This document shows positions 12,720 to 25,312 of a stretch of DNA of 64,000 nt, piece by piece. Position 1 is the first letter of the stretch. Every line of letters begins with the position of its first letter. The stretch is from Octopus vulgaris (taxonomy: Eukaryota): NCBI GenBank assembly GCA_951406725.2, contig OX597814.1, forward strand, positions 194,432,001-194,496,000, in the 5' to 3' direction. A model generated the notes under the pieces. It made no database searches. It was not told the origin of the DNA and was given only the letters and a program-made list of their open reading frames with translations. The position numbers and the translations under genes are program-made.

Positions 12720-13114
12720 CTAGCAGTATCGCCCAGCGTTGCTCAGGTTTGTAAGGGAAATAACTATATAAGCATTTTTAGAGATGTAAAGTATAATAGC
12801 CATCTCAATATGGCTAACCACAAAGGGGGGTGTTACTGTAGCTTTTTACGTTCTGAGATTTAATAATAAATTTTTAGAGAGTTACTTCCCTTATATATGC
12901 CAAAAATGCATTAAAAATGGGAAAAATTCATGGTAAATTTTGTTTTAAATCGTAGACTCATCGTAGATGCGCGCTAATACCCAGAAGGGCTCGATATGAA
13001 TCACGACTATAAGATATCTGGTTTTGGTTAAACTGCACCGCAAAATGTGGGAGTAGTTAGGAATCTAAATCGTAGGAGACAGACAGCACACAATCTAACT
13101 TTTATATATAAAGA
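12720..13114 (-). mobile_element. Non-autonomous Helitron
   Basis: The minus strand starts 5'-TC(tttatatataaaag) and ends with a GC hairpin plus CTAG-3'. Inserted between A and T with no TSD (empty site at about 15850). Confidence 0.9.
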
Positions 13115-13149
13115 TATCATATACATATGTGTTATATTTCTCTTTTTTT

Positions 13150-13538
13150 TTTTTTTACTTGTTTCAGTCATTTTGACGGCGGCCATGCTGGTGCACCACC
13201 TTTAATCGAGCAACTCGACCTCGGGACTTATTCTTTGTAAGCCCAGTACTTATTCTATCGGTCTCTTTTGCCAAACTGCTAAGTGACGGGGACATAAACA
13301 CACCAGCATCGGTTATCAAGCAATGCTAGGGGGACAAACACAGACACACAATTATACACGCACATACATATATACGATGGGCTTCTTTCAGTTTCCGTCT
13401 ACCAAATCCACTCACAAGGCTTTGGTCGGCCCGAGGCTATAGCAGAAGACACCTGCCCAAGGTGCCACGCAGTGGGACTGAACCCGGAACCATGTGGTTC
13501 GTAAGCAAGCTACTTACCACACAGCCACTCCTGCGCCT
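13150..13538 (-). mobile_element. SINE family A, full length
   Basis: Full consensus with internal (TA/CA)n microsatellite. Confidence 0.9.
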
Positions 13539-14025
13539 ATATAAGTAATAAAATTTTCTGGGTTTTACGTAAATGAACTTGGAGATACAGTACATGGTAT
13601 TGTTACTTTGCTAAGAAAACATTTGCACACGAGCAAATTTCTGTGCACACCTACAAGTATTTGTTTTCAAACTCAATCATGTCGATAAGTACATAGATAG
13701 GATGTGGAAACGATTTGAGAAAATCATTTAAAATCACATAATTAACAGAGCGACTTTTTTTAATCAGTTTCTACAAATTACTATATATTGTTTCACGTAT
13801 TCAGATCAATATGACCGAGTTGATCTCTGAGCTATGAAAATAGATTAAGCAGATTTTATGGCACCATAAGTGAAGAGGTTGCGTAATTTGATTGCAATGT
13901 TAACTATACTGTTGATGGAGGATGCTACAACAAAAATAAATGATTATTCTTTTGCAACTGGAAGTAAAGCGCTCCAAAGTGAAGTTAAAATAGGTTTTAT
14001 ACTTTATTCTTTTACTCTCTTTTTC

Positions 14026-14422
14026 ATTCTTTTACTTGTCTCAGTCATTTGACTGTGGCCATGCTGGAGCACTGCCTTTAGTCGAGTAAATCGACCCCGG
14101 GACTTATTCTTTGTAAGCTTAGTACTTATTCTATCGATCTCTTTTGCCGAATCCTAAGTTCTGATGACGTAAACACACCAGCATCGGTTGTCAAGCGATG
14201 TTGGGGGGATAAACACAGACACACAAACTTATACACACATATACACATATATATACATATATATATACGATGGGCTTCTTTCAGTTTCCGTTTACCAAAT
14301 CCACTCACAAGGCTTTGGTCAGCCTGAGGCTATAGTAGAAGACATTTGCCCATGGTACCATGCAGTGGGATTGAACCTTGAACCATGTGGTTTATAAGCA
14401 AGCTACTTACCACACAGCCACA
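14026..14422 (-). mobile_element. SINE family A, full length
   Basis: Full consensus. Confidence 0.9.
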
Positions 14423-14469
14423 CCTACACCTGTAAAAGTTCTTTTGAAAACTTCTTCAAAAACAAAATG

Positions 14470-14945
14470 AATCATTTGATATTTTGCTGCCTAAATGCTT
14501 ATCGCTTTGCTCGCCACACCGAGCTAAAACTATTCATTAAGCAGGCCTTGGCTCGGATTAATATCCCCTCAGTTCTGGAGCCGGTGGGATAATCCAGAAG
14601 TAATGGGAAGAAATCAGATGGTCTTACTCTCTGTCTCTGGGTCGCTTCAGTTTGTGACTCTTTTGTCCCTTTTCACATCCTGGATGGGGTAATAAATGGG
14701 AGGGTCATTGCTTTCGTAGCTGAACGAAACAAAACCCTGAAGTACCGGGACCTGACAATGAACTATCCCTTCCAACCTGTGACATTTCAAACGTTTGGAG
14801 GGACTGGGCCTCTAATGGTGAAGTTCTTGTCATCGTTGGCAGCTTGCCTCACTGAGGTGTTAGGTGATGCCCTTGAGGGTGCTTAGCTTTTCCAACATCT
14901 TAGCCTTGCCATCACCCATGGTAATGCTGTGAACATGCTAGCTTG
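14470..14945 (+). mobile_element. Degenerate CRE-clade-like non-LTR retrotransposon 3' fragment (restriction-like endonuclease region)
   Basis: Translates HLIFCCLNAYRFARHTELKLFIKQALARINIPSVLEPVG*SRSNGKKSDGLTL...AERNKTLKYRDL...FQPVTFQTFGGTGP...FQHLSLAITHGNA, matching the RH..., LEP.G..R.DGKRPDG, K..KY and GNA pattern. Confidence 0.7.
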
Positions 14946-15913
14946 CTTCAGTAGGTTCTGTTTAATCTTGTGGTGTGCGACAAATTTGTAGCAAATCCTG
15001 CAAGCATGAAGTGGATTTGATCCACCATAGCCAAATTTAAATCAACACTGCTACAGAACTTTTCCCACGATGGAACAATGGTTTTTCTCTGACAGCAGTT
15101 TTTACATTTTCCAGATGCCTTTAGCTAGGCCAAAATAATGTCTTCACCACTTGATCCTTTCTAACCTCTTCTACTCCACCAAAAGCTAGAATGGATAACA
15201 AGATCACCAACTAAATCTATTGTTCTCAATGATATATCTATCCCTCTGGATCTTAATATAAGCAAGCACATCCCAAGCAAAAATCAGTTAGTCACCAGCC
15301 GGGTGACGATTCAACCAAGTTCATCACAGTCGTGACGACTGAACAAAGTCTGGCTGACCAGCTAGAACTTTGATCAGAGGGAGAAAACAACTGTCAGACA
15401 ACACCCTATAATTCTCTCTAGCTCTAATTCTGTTCTCTTACAACATCATTCTATCTGTCTCAGCATTTACTACTAAACAATGAAGAGGACACAAACTCAA
15501 ACTTTACTTCGCATTCTTTAGGATGTATCAAAACCTGCCCGTCGAGGCAAGGTATTTGTAATGTAACAGTAAATAAACACCTCTTTTAAACTTCATCCAT
15601 TGTTCCTCTTTCACATCCTACAGTTTACCATTATAACAACCAAATAATTATCGTCACAACAGTTGCTGACAACATCATCATAACATTGTTTAACAATCAA
15701 TTTCTACTGTTAAAATTGGTAACTATACCAACTCAATTATTTCCGTTACAAATTGAAGTACTTGGTACTATATTGATGTTTTCTTTCTTTCTTTTCTTTC
15801 TCCCTTTTTTTCTTTTTTTCTTTGTCTTTCATTTGTACTATATATACATATATCATATACATATGTGTTATATATGTAATAACATTTTTTGAGTTTTCTG
15901 TAAATAAACTTGG

Positions 15914-18380
15914 AGGAGTGGCTGTGTGGTAAGTAGCTTGCTTACCAACCACATGGTTCCGGGTTCAGTCCCACTGCGTGGCACCTTGGGCAAGTGTCTT
16001 CTACTATAGTCTCGGGCCGACCAAAGCCTTGTGAGTGGATTTGGTAGACGGAAACTGAAAGAAGCCCATTGTATATATGTATATATATATATATGTTGGA
16101 TCAAGTAATGAAGGTTACGGAGAGGGTCATAGCCCAACTAATTAGAGAGAGAGTTAGTTTAGATGAGATGCAGTTTGGGTTCGTGCCAGGGAAAAGTACC
16201 ACTGATGCTATATTCCTGGTAAGGCAGCTGCAGGAGAAATACCTAGCCAAAGATAAGCCCCTGTACCTGGCTTTCGTTGACATGGAGAAAGCTTTTGATA
16301 GGGTCCCCTGATCCCTTATCTGGTGGTCAATGAGGAAACTAGGGATAGATGAATGGCTGGTGAGGACTGTGCAAGCCATGTACAGAGATGCCGTAAGTAA
16401 GGTTAGGGTTGGCAACATGTACACAGAAGAATTCAAAGTAGAGGTTGGGGTCCACCAGGGTTCAGTACTCAGCCCCCTCCTATTTATCATAGTACTCCAG
16501 GCAATTACGGAGGAATTCAAGACAGGCTGTCCCTGGGAGCTCCTCTACGCTGACGACCTTGCTCTTATTGCTGAGTCACTATCAGAACTGGAGGAGAAGT
16601 TCCAGGTGTGGAAGGAGGGTTTAGAATCAAGGGGCCTTAGAGTCAACCTAGCTAAAACCAAAGTACTAATAAGTAGGAAGGTAGACAATCCACAAATGTC
16701 TTCAGGAAGATGGCCCTGCTCGATCTGTAGAAAAGGTGTAGGTAGAAACTCTATAAGATGTACCCAGTGTAAGCTATGGACACATAAGAGGTGCAGCAAT
16801 GTCAAAGGTAGGCTAACTGGGAAGATAGTTTTTGTATGTGGCAGATGCTCGGGAGCATTAACCTCCGAAAATCTGCAGAAAACAACTTCCGTCACTTTCC
16901 AGGGGAAAAAACTAGAAGTAGTTGATAGCTTCCGTTATCTAGGTGACCAAGTCAGTAGTGGGGGTGGGTGTGCTGAAAGTGTAACTGCTAGAATAAGAAT
17001 AGCCTGGGCAAAGTTTAGGGAGCTCTTACCTCTGCTGGTGACTAAAGGCCTCTCGCTCAGAGTAAAAGGCAGACTGTATGATGCGTGTGTACGAACAGCC
17101 ATGCTACATGGCAGCGAAACATGGGCCGTGACTGCTGAGGACATGCGTAAGCTCGTGAGGAATGAAGCCAGTATGCTCCGTTGGATGTGTAATGTCAGTG
17201 TACATACTCGACAGAGCGTTAGCACCTTGAGAGAAATGTTGTACCTAAGAAGCATCAGTTGTGGTGTGCAAGAGAGACGATTGCGCTGGTATGGTCATGT
17301 GGCGAGAATGGATGAAGATAGGTGTGTGAGAAAGTGCCAATCCCTAGCAGTTGAGGGAACCCGTGGAAGAGGTAGACCCAGGAAAACCTGGGACGAGGTG
17401 GTGAAGCACGACCTTCGAACTTTAGGCCTCACTGAGGAAATGACCAGCGACCGAGACCTTTGGAAATATTCTGTACGTGAGAAGACCAGGCAGGACAAGT
17501 GAGCCCAGCCCACTTATGAATGCCTTTCCTCCCTTGGACACAAAGACCTGTTGAGGCAAGCGAAGTCGATATAGAACCTCATCCGACAACAGACACCCAT
17601 GCCAACCCCCCATGCTTGCGAAGACATGTTGGGGCAAGCGAAATCAAAATCAAAACCGAATTGAACCAGCCAGGATCCCTGGCCTGGTGGTACGTAAAAA
17701 GCACTATCCGACTCGTGGCCGTGGCACGTAAAATACTCCAATGCGACCGTACGAAAGGCACCCATGCCAACCCCCTTTGCTTGTGAAGACATGTTGGGGC
17801 AAGCGAAATCGAAATCGAATTGAACCAGCCAGGATCCCTGGTCTGGTGGTACGTAAAAGCACTATCCGACTCGTGGCCGATGCCAGCACCGCCTCGACTG
17901 GCTTCCGTTCCGGTGGCACATAAAATACATCAATCTGACCGTGGCCGTTGCCAGCCTCGCCTGGCACCTGTGCAGGTGGCACGTAAAAAGCACCCACTAC
18001 ACTCACGGAGTGGTTGGCGTTAGGAAGGGCATCCAGCTGTAGAAACATTGCCAGATTAGACTGGAGCCTGGTGCAGCCTTCTGGCTTCCCAGAACCCCGG
18101 TCGAACCGTCCAACCCATGCTAGCATGGAGAACGGACGTTAAACGATGATGATGATGATGATGTGCGTGTGTGTTTGTGTGTCTGTGTTTGTCCCCCTAG
18201 TATTGCTTGACAACCGATGCTGGTGTGTTTATGTCCCCATCACTTAGCGGTTCGGCAAAAGAGACCGATAGAATAAGTACTGGGCTTACAAAGAATAAGT
18301 CCCGGGTCAAGTCGCTCGATTAAAAGGTGGTGCTCCAGCATGGCTGCAGTCAAATGACTGAAACAAGTAAAAGAGAGAGA
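15914..18380 (+). mobile_element. SINE family A copy split by the RTE LINE (5' half 15914-16094, 3' half 18164-18380)
   Basis: The two halves join into the consensus at the internal microsatellite. Confidence 0.85.
16095..18163 (+). mobile_element. 5'-truncated RTE-type LINE: ORF2 reverse transcriptase with PHD finger, structured 3' UTR and (GAT)n tail
   Basis: QFGF, FVDMEKAFDRVP, GVHQGSVLSPLLF, YADD (16546-16557), FRYLG, and RTE-type C-terminus RRLRWYGHV..RGRGRPRKTW. One in-frame TGA at 16309-16311; ORF stops at 17502. Confidence 0.95.
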
Positions 18381-19092
18381 GATACAGTAAACGGTATTGT
18401 TACAGTGATAAATTTCATATTTTGTCCATAGTAAAAATCGATGTCAATAGCAGTTAATTAACTGGCAGTAGTCCATGGTTGAGTAAACATGTGATCGATA
18501 ATTGTAAAGTATATGGTCTAGTGATTCATTACTATATATTATTGATATTTTATTTAAAGCTTCAGTTTGATAAAATAAGCACTAGTTATGACATGATACA
18601 TCAATCGCAATTGGATACAGAAATTCAAAATGGTGAGATACTTCACATGATAATTTACATCAACCAGCTTTGAATTATATCTTGAACGCCAAGCTCCATC
18701 AGCGGGCAGTTTGTTGCAAGTATTCATATTTTCACAAGGTATAAAATATCTATCTTTCTGACAAGTAACAGGGATAATATCTTCATTCTCAAAGTCAATA
18801 GTGATATCAGAGATGTGAACAGACGTCCATCAAGAATTGAAAGTTGTTCACAAATTTGGATCATTAGGAGTAGTTTTCTTGCTATAAGACTTTTTGCCTC
18901 TGTTCATATATTATATTTGAAAGTAAGAAGCCAATTAACACACTCCAAATCCTTACTGCTTGTCTCCATTTAATTTATATACAATTTCAATTTCGAAGTT
19001 TTCTCCCTTCCTTTTCTTAAAAAAATTATCATTAACACTAATGATTTTTCGTGTTAAGAGTTTAAATTTCCAATTGTTAAAAATTATTTCAG

Positions 19093-19255
19093 AGGAGTGA
19101 CTGTGTGGTAAGTAGCTTGCTTACCAACCACATGGTTCCGGGTTCAGTTCCACTGCGTGGCACCTTGAACAGGTGTCTTCTACTGTAGCCTCAGTCCAAC
19201 CAAACCCTAGTTAGTGGATTTGGTAGACAGAAACTGAAAAAAAAGAAGCCCGTCG

Positions 19256-19286
<31 letters not shown>

Positions 19287-19498
19287 GTTTGTGTGTCTGT
19301 GTTAGTCACCCCACCCCATTGCTTGACAACCGATGCTGGTGTGTTTATGTTTCCGTAACTTAGCGGTTTGGCAAAAGAGTCCGATAGAATAAGTACTAGG
19401 CTTACAAAGAATAAGTCCTGGGGTCGATTTGTTTGACTACAGGCGGTGCTCCAGCATCGCTGCAGTCAAATGACTGAAACAAGTAAAAGAGTAAAGAG
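19093..19498 (+). mobile_element. SINE family A, full length
   Basis: Full consensus. It interrupts a segment that is intact (inverted) at 12520-12672. Confidence 0.9.
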
Positions 19499-20203
19499 TT
19501 ATTTTATTAAGTATACCACCTCACATTTGACTATATTCTTCATATACTAAATACACATAGGACAGTTTATCACTGGAGTGTATTTATGGAAGAGTAAATT
19601 GTAAATGCCCCAATACTCGGTTCTCTACATCTTAACTAATTAGTCCTGCATACCCTTAAAAAGATGAGATAATCATGGTCAGAGAGTCTTTAAGCATAGG
19701 TTTGCTCTATCAGGATTGACCTGGGACAAAATAATAACAAAAACATTAATAGGTATAACTAAAGAAGCGTGTCATTTTGGCTTTGTTTCCTCATAACTTT
19801 CTGGAAAATGAATATTTTTTTTAACAAAATTTTCTACAAATATCTTTCAGATGGCAGAAATTGCAATAATATTGGAATTTAGATTGGAAAAAATGAGGTG
19901 GGAGATCAGAGATGAATTTGTTGGTATGGCTGTTTGGTAAGTGATAAACCTTAGAATATACTCACGTGATCCCTGCTATTTCTAGCATACTAACTAACTC
20001 CAATTAAATTCACACAAATAGAAAAAAAAAATAACGAAAACAGCAGATTTTAATTCTTTTCCTTTATATCCTAACTCTAACCTTTTCTGCTGGAATTAAG
20101 TTCTTTTTTTTTTTTCGTTTTGCTCATAATCCATTTAGAGTAGATTATCTAACGCTCTAATCTTTGGTGATTTATAGTGTATAAAACATGACCTGAGGCA
20201 CAA

Positions 20204-20314
20204 ATGGGATGGAGTTTTATTATTAATCAAATCACACTGTCCACACCAAAGTACAGACAGAAAACCTCATTCTTGCCAGAGAAACAGAACGACCTTCTTC
20301 CACAACAATCTGCA
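20204..20314 (+). CDS. Candidate N-terminal coding exon of RGS gene A (MGWSFIINQITLSTPKYRQKTSFLPEKQNDLLPQQSA)
   Basis: Non-repetitive island with a polypyrimidine tract and AG at 20137-20138, an in-frame upstream TGA at 20189, a 37-codon open frame and a GTAAGT donor at 20315. WSxxxN resembles the gene B N-terminus. Confidence 0.45.
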
Positions 20315-20422
20315 GTAAGTTGATACTTTTTTTAACAGTTTCTCTTTCACAAAATTGTCAGATAATATTAAACTATTGTTGTTGATGTTGCTATTCTTGT
20401 TTAGCCCCAGGTCAAATTAACC

Positions 20423-20468
<46 letters not shown>

Positions 20469-20469
20469 T

Positions 20470-20888
20470 AGACCAGATATAGTTGTCAGAGATCATGAAG
20501 AAAAGAAAAATGCTTTCTAATTGATGTATCAATACCGGCAGATGACAACGTGTCTCTAAAAGAAATGGAGAAACTCTCAAAATACAAAGACCTGGAAATA
20601 GAGGTAACCAGAATGTGGAATCTAAAAACAGAAACAATTCCTATCATAGTAGGTGCATTAGGCATGATAAAAAAATATTCAGACAAATACATAACAAAAA
20701 CACCAGGACTTACAAACACATATAACATACAGAAAATTGCACTACTAGGCACTGCACACATCCTACGCAGAACACTTTCCATACAATAACCATCAGAGCA
20801 TCACAACAAATCACAGCACATACCCAAGGCACACAGAGCTGCGCTCGGTAGTGAAGTGAAAGCACGCTATAAAAATAAAACTACTGAA
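20470..20888 (+). mobile_element. Dong/R4-clade non-LTR retrotransposon 3' fragment in (TAA)n
   Basis: RPDIVV..(frameshift)..CFLIDVSIP..EKLSKYKDL..IPIIVGALG..QKIALLGTAHILR (PD-D restriction-like endonuclease). Flanked on both sides by (AAT)n, the known Dong target. Confidence 0.85.
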
Positions 20889-20910
20889 TAATAATAATAA
20901 TAATAATAAT

Positions 20911-21231
20911 GAAATTATTGTATACAGTGCTCAGGTGCACCACAATTTGTCAGAAAGTGCGTATAAAGTACATGCAGTAATGTACAAATGTCTGGAAAGT
21001 GAACAGTGTATGAGTCAGATACATGCTTGTGTGTGTGTATGGAGGGTAGAAAATCAGGTGTAGTGTTGGTGAATCTCAGGAAGCATGGAAGTTTTGAAGG
21101 ATGCAGTGCTCCGACAACTAACAACTGATGCCGGCAATTTGTTCCATGCTTCAGCAACTCTCAGTATGAAAAAATGTTTCCTAAAGTCATGGGAGCTGTG
21201 CTGTTTTCTGACTTTGTAAATATGTCCACGG
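20911..21231 (-). mobile_element. CR1-clade LINE 3' end
   Basis: Minus-strand RGHIYKVRKQHSSHDFRKHFF.LRVAEAWNKLPASVVSCRSTASFK. Second copy at about 59600-59930. Confidence 0.85.
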
Positions 21232-21613
21232 ATATGGTCAAAGGCACCAAGTCACTCAATGAACAAGATTTATGATTGAAGTATTCTAGTTTCAGCCACC
21301 TCATCTTTTTCTCTATTTCAGACAACATTATTTAACCCTTTCATTACAGTATTTATTTTGAGATGCTTTGTGTTTCTTTCAATAAATTTTAAATATAACA
21401 AAGAATTTAGTAAAATAACTTAATTATCATTCAGCTAGTGGTAGGAACATAAATTGTGACAATACGACGCTATTGTATAGCTTCACTGCATATTCCAGTA
21501 AATATTGGTGCCTTGTTGTACCACTTATCTATTTTTATACGTATAATTCTACCCTTATGGGGCTTAATTTTACTGGAAAGTAATACATTTGTATTACAAT
21601 ATTATTTTTCATT

Positions 21614-21644
<31 letters not shown>

Positions 21645-23692
21645 CGGGCTTCTTTCAGTTTCTGTCTACCAAATCCACTCACAAGGCTTTGGTCGGCCCG
21701 AGGTTATAGCAGAAGACACTTGCGCAAGGTGCATGCTGTAGAACTGAACCCAGAACCATGTGGTTGGTAAGCAAGCTACTTACCACAAAGCCACTCATGT
21801 GCCTATGAGTGTACCCACCATTTCTTTTTTTTTTTTACACATTAAATTCTGATATAATTGTAATCTACACCATCTGAAAAGTATTTGTAGAAAATTTCAA
21901 TAAAACATTCCCATTTTGCTGTAAGATATGAGGAAGCAAAGATAACTCATGTGAATTTTCCAAAACTCCTCTCCCTGCCTCACCTCAGAAAATTTTTTTC
22001 ACAACAACTTCCAATATAATCGTAAACTATACCATCTGAATGGTGTTTCTAGAAATTTTCAATCAAAGATATCCATTTTCCTGAAAGTTATTAGGACAAA
22101 AAAATCGCGAAGTGGAGGAGGGGGGGATGCCAGAGATATGCCTATTTTTCATGTACAGCATATGTAGGACCACATTATATGAAGTCCCCTGATGTAAGAT
22201 CGTAGGATGTGGATTGAGGGAGATTTGACTGCTATTTTTAGCGGATTGTGTGATTGTGTAGAAGCACTTTGACTTGCAATATCTCGTTTTCGTTTTTGTT
22301 CTCTTCCTCATTGTTACTGCTGCAGATGTTGTAGCTAGTATTACAGTTACTACTGTTGTTGTTGTTGTTGATAGAGTAAACCTATGGTCAAAGACACTCC
22401 AGCCTTGACCATCTCGTCTTTTTTTTTACCGATATGCAGGACTAAATTTTGGAGATTAGGCTGCTATTTCTAGCAATTCAAATAACCATGTAAAGGCTCC
22501 GTATTTGACTTATAATGTTACTGTTGCTGGTGGTGGTGGTGGCGGCAGCAGTGGCAGGGGTGCTGGCAGGGGTGCTGGCGGGGGTGCTGACGGTGGTGGC
22601 GGCAGCAGTAGTCATGTGGTAGCAGTAGTTGTAGTAGTGGTTGCTGCATCATATATATATACGATGGGCTTCTTTCAGTTTCCGTCTACCAAATCCACTC
22701 ACAAGGCTTTGGTCGGCCCGAGGCTATAGTATAAGACACTTGCCCAAGGTACCACACAGTAGAACTGAACCCAGAACCACGTGGTTGGTAAGCAAGCTAC
22801 TTACCACACAGCCACTCATGTGCCTTGATCAAAAGCATTCCTTCCATGACCATCCTGTCTTTTCCTTCCTGCTGGTCCCAATGTACAGTGAACATTTTTG
22901 TCTGCGCCAGAAAGAGACAAAGAGTACAGCAGGTCAAGAAGCTTGTGACTCTTTTTATATTTTTGTTTGTTTTATAGTGAAAGGAATGCCAATGTCCAAT
23001 AGCTTTTACTGGCCTTCCCCAGATCAGTGAGATCAATTTCTTTTTATGTTTAGCTTGAATTTCTGGACATTGATGTACGTTGGAAATTGTGAGCAGTTAT
23101 AAGGTTGCAAAGGGTTTCAGGTGTACTGCTTCCTACATGTGACGACATGTGGCTTCATTCATTTTGGAGTAGGTTGAGCTAGCTCTGACCAGTGAGTTTA
23201 CCATGTTCCTGTTGAACACTGGCCACATCCAATAGTTGACCATAACATTCCAGCAGTTGACCAATAATTGACTAAAACATTCAGGTACGCAGGTGGTCAG
23301 TCTGCGCAGATGGAACTGCGAATGGCTCGCTATCTCCAGTGACCTCGCATCATGAACCATGGTTGGCCCAAGGCTATAGCAGAAGACACTTGTCCATGGT
23401 GCACGCAGTAGAACTGAACCCAGAACCATGTGGGCCGCTATGGTTCGTGATGCTGTTAGGACCAGAGAAGAAGCCGGCTCAACCCACCCTGGGTGAATGC
23501 TATCACAAGTACAAGAAGTAAGTATAACATTCCAGCAGGCAAAAAAGAAGCTTCTGCCTGCAACCCAAAAATCCAGCTTGCAAAATTGATAAATGCTCCA
23601 CTGGGGAAGCGAATGCATTGGATAGCACAGAAGCCATAACTGTGGTCATCATTTGTTGTTGAGGTGTAGAGCTCATGTTTGGAGATTCAGTG

Positions 23693-23815
23693 GGCAAAGT
23701 TCAAAGAGCTCTTACCTCTGCTGGTGACAAAGGGCCTCCTGCTCAGAGTAAAAGGCAAACTGTATGACGCATGTGTATGAACAGCCATGCTACATGGCAG
23801 TGAAACATGGGCCGT
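23693..23815 (+). mobile_element. Isolated 120-bp internal fragment of the RTE ORF2
   Basis: Closely matches 17006-17129 (AKF.ELLPLLVTKGL.LRVKG.LYDACV...HGSETWAV). Confidence 0.9.
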
Positions 23816-24293
23816 CACTTGGGGTAGATTGAGCTAGCTCTGACTACTATGTTCATTATGTTTCTGTTGAATGCTGACCACATCCGACAGTTGACCATAA
23901 CATTCCGGCAGGCAAAAAGAAAGCTTCTGCCTGCAACCCAAAAATCCAGCTTGCAAAATTGACAAACGATCCACTGGGGAGCGAATGCATTGGATAGCAC
24001 AGAAACCATAACTGTAGTCATCATTTGTTGTTGAGGTGTAGAGCTCATGGTTGGAGATTCAGTGGGAATACAAGTTCACATTTGGTCCCCAGTCGCATAC
24101 ATACATACTTTGGAATAGTGTGATCCGTAGAAGTTCATTATGCTATTGATTGTCGACCATCACAGGATTCACTGACCAAGTCACCGCCAATTATCAGAGC
24201 AAGTATCTGGAACAGTAGGGTAGCTAGGGAGGGGGAGATGGCGATAGCCCACGCTGGACGATGCTTCTATGGTGAAAGCATTTTTTAATCTAC

Positions 24294-24445
24294 TTTTGGA
24301 GATTAGGTTGTTATTTCTAGCAATTTTGGAGATTAGGCTGTTATTTCTAGCAATTTTGGAGATTAGGCTGTTATTTCTAGCAATTTTGGAGATTAGGCTG
24401 TTATTTCTAGCAATTTTGGAGATTAGGCTGCTATTTCTAGCAATT
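24294..24445. repeat. 30-bp minisatellite, 5 copies
   Basis: Unit ttttggagattaggctgttatttctagcaa. A single copy is at about 22447 and an inverted copy at about 24650-24680. Confidence 0.95.
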
Positions 24446-25056
24446 CAAATAGTCATGTAAAGGCTCCATACTTGACTTGTAATGTTACTGGTGGTGGTGG
24501 AGGTGGTGGTGGCGGCGGTGGTGGTGGTGGTGGCAGCGGCAGTCATGTGGTTGCAGAAGTTGTAGTAGTGGTTGCTGCATCATATATATGACGGGCTTCT
24601 TTCAGTTTCCGTCTACCAAATCCACTCACAAGGCTTTGGCTGGTCCAAATTGCTAGAAAATAGCAGCCTAATCTCCAAAAGCCGGTATGGAGGTCAGAAT
24701 GGCAGGAGGCAACAAATGCAAAAACTGCCCCTGATGGCACACACTCTAACTGCTGTGCTACCATTTTGAAGGCAGATTGTCTGATCAAAGTATTTTGTAA
24801 AAAGACAGGAGACAATAAAAATAACAAAAGTATGAGAAATTGTTGAGCCAAAATGGACCTAGGTTAAGGCAGCATACGTGCTGTTGCTTCAGACGAACAG
24901 TGACCATTTTAATTTGGAATAGAAGAGCCAGAGAGGGGCATACAGCATGTTGTATTAATTAAAATTAACAATTAATAATATTGTTTTTGTTTTAATGAGT
25001 GTTTGCCAATTAACCCTTTAGCATTTGGATTACTCTATCAAATGTAATGCTTTGAT

Positions 25057-25312
25057 TGTGGCCGATGTCAGCGCCGCCTTGACTGGCTTCCGTGTCGGTG
25101 TCGAGTAAAAAATACCAACCGATTGTGGCCACTGCCAGCTTCCCCTGGCACATAAAAAGCACCCACTACACTCACGGAGTGGTTGGCGTTAGGAAGGGCA
25201 TCCAGCTGTAGAAACACTGCCAGATCAGACTGGAGCCTGGTGCAGCCTCCTAGCTTCCCAGACCCCGGTCAAACTGTCCAACCCATGCTAGCATGGGAAG
25301 CGGACGTTAAAC

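Noticed and set aside
15160-15625. Possible solo LTR
   Set aside because: No clear TG..CA boundaries with TSD and no second copy in the window.
17935-17995. Superficial similarity of ggccgttgccagcctcgcctggcacc to the HDV ribozyme
   Set aside because: I could only form simple hairpins, not the nested double pseudoknot. Known retroelement HDV-like ribozymes lie at 5' ends.
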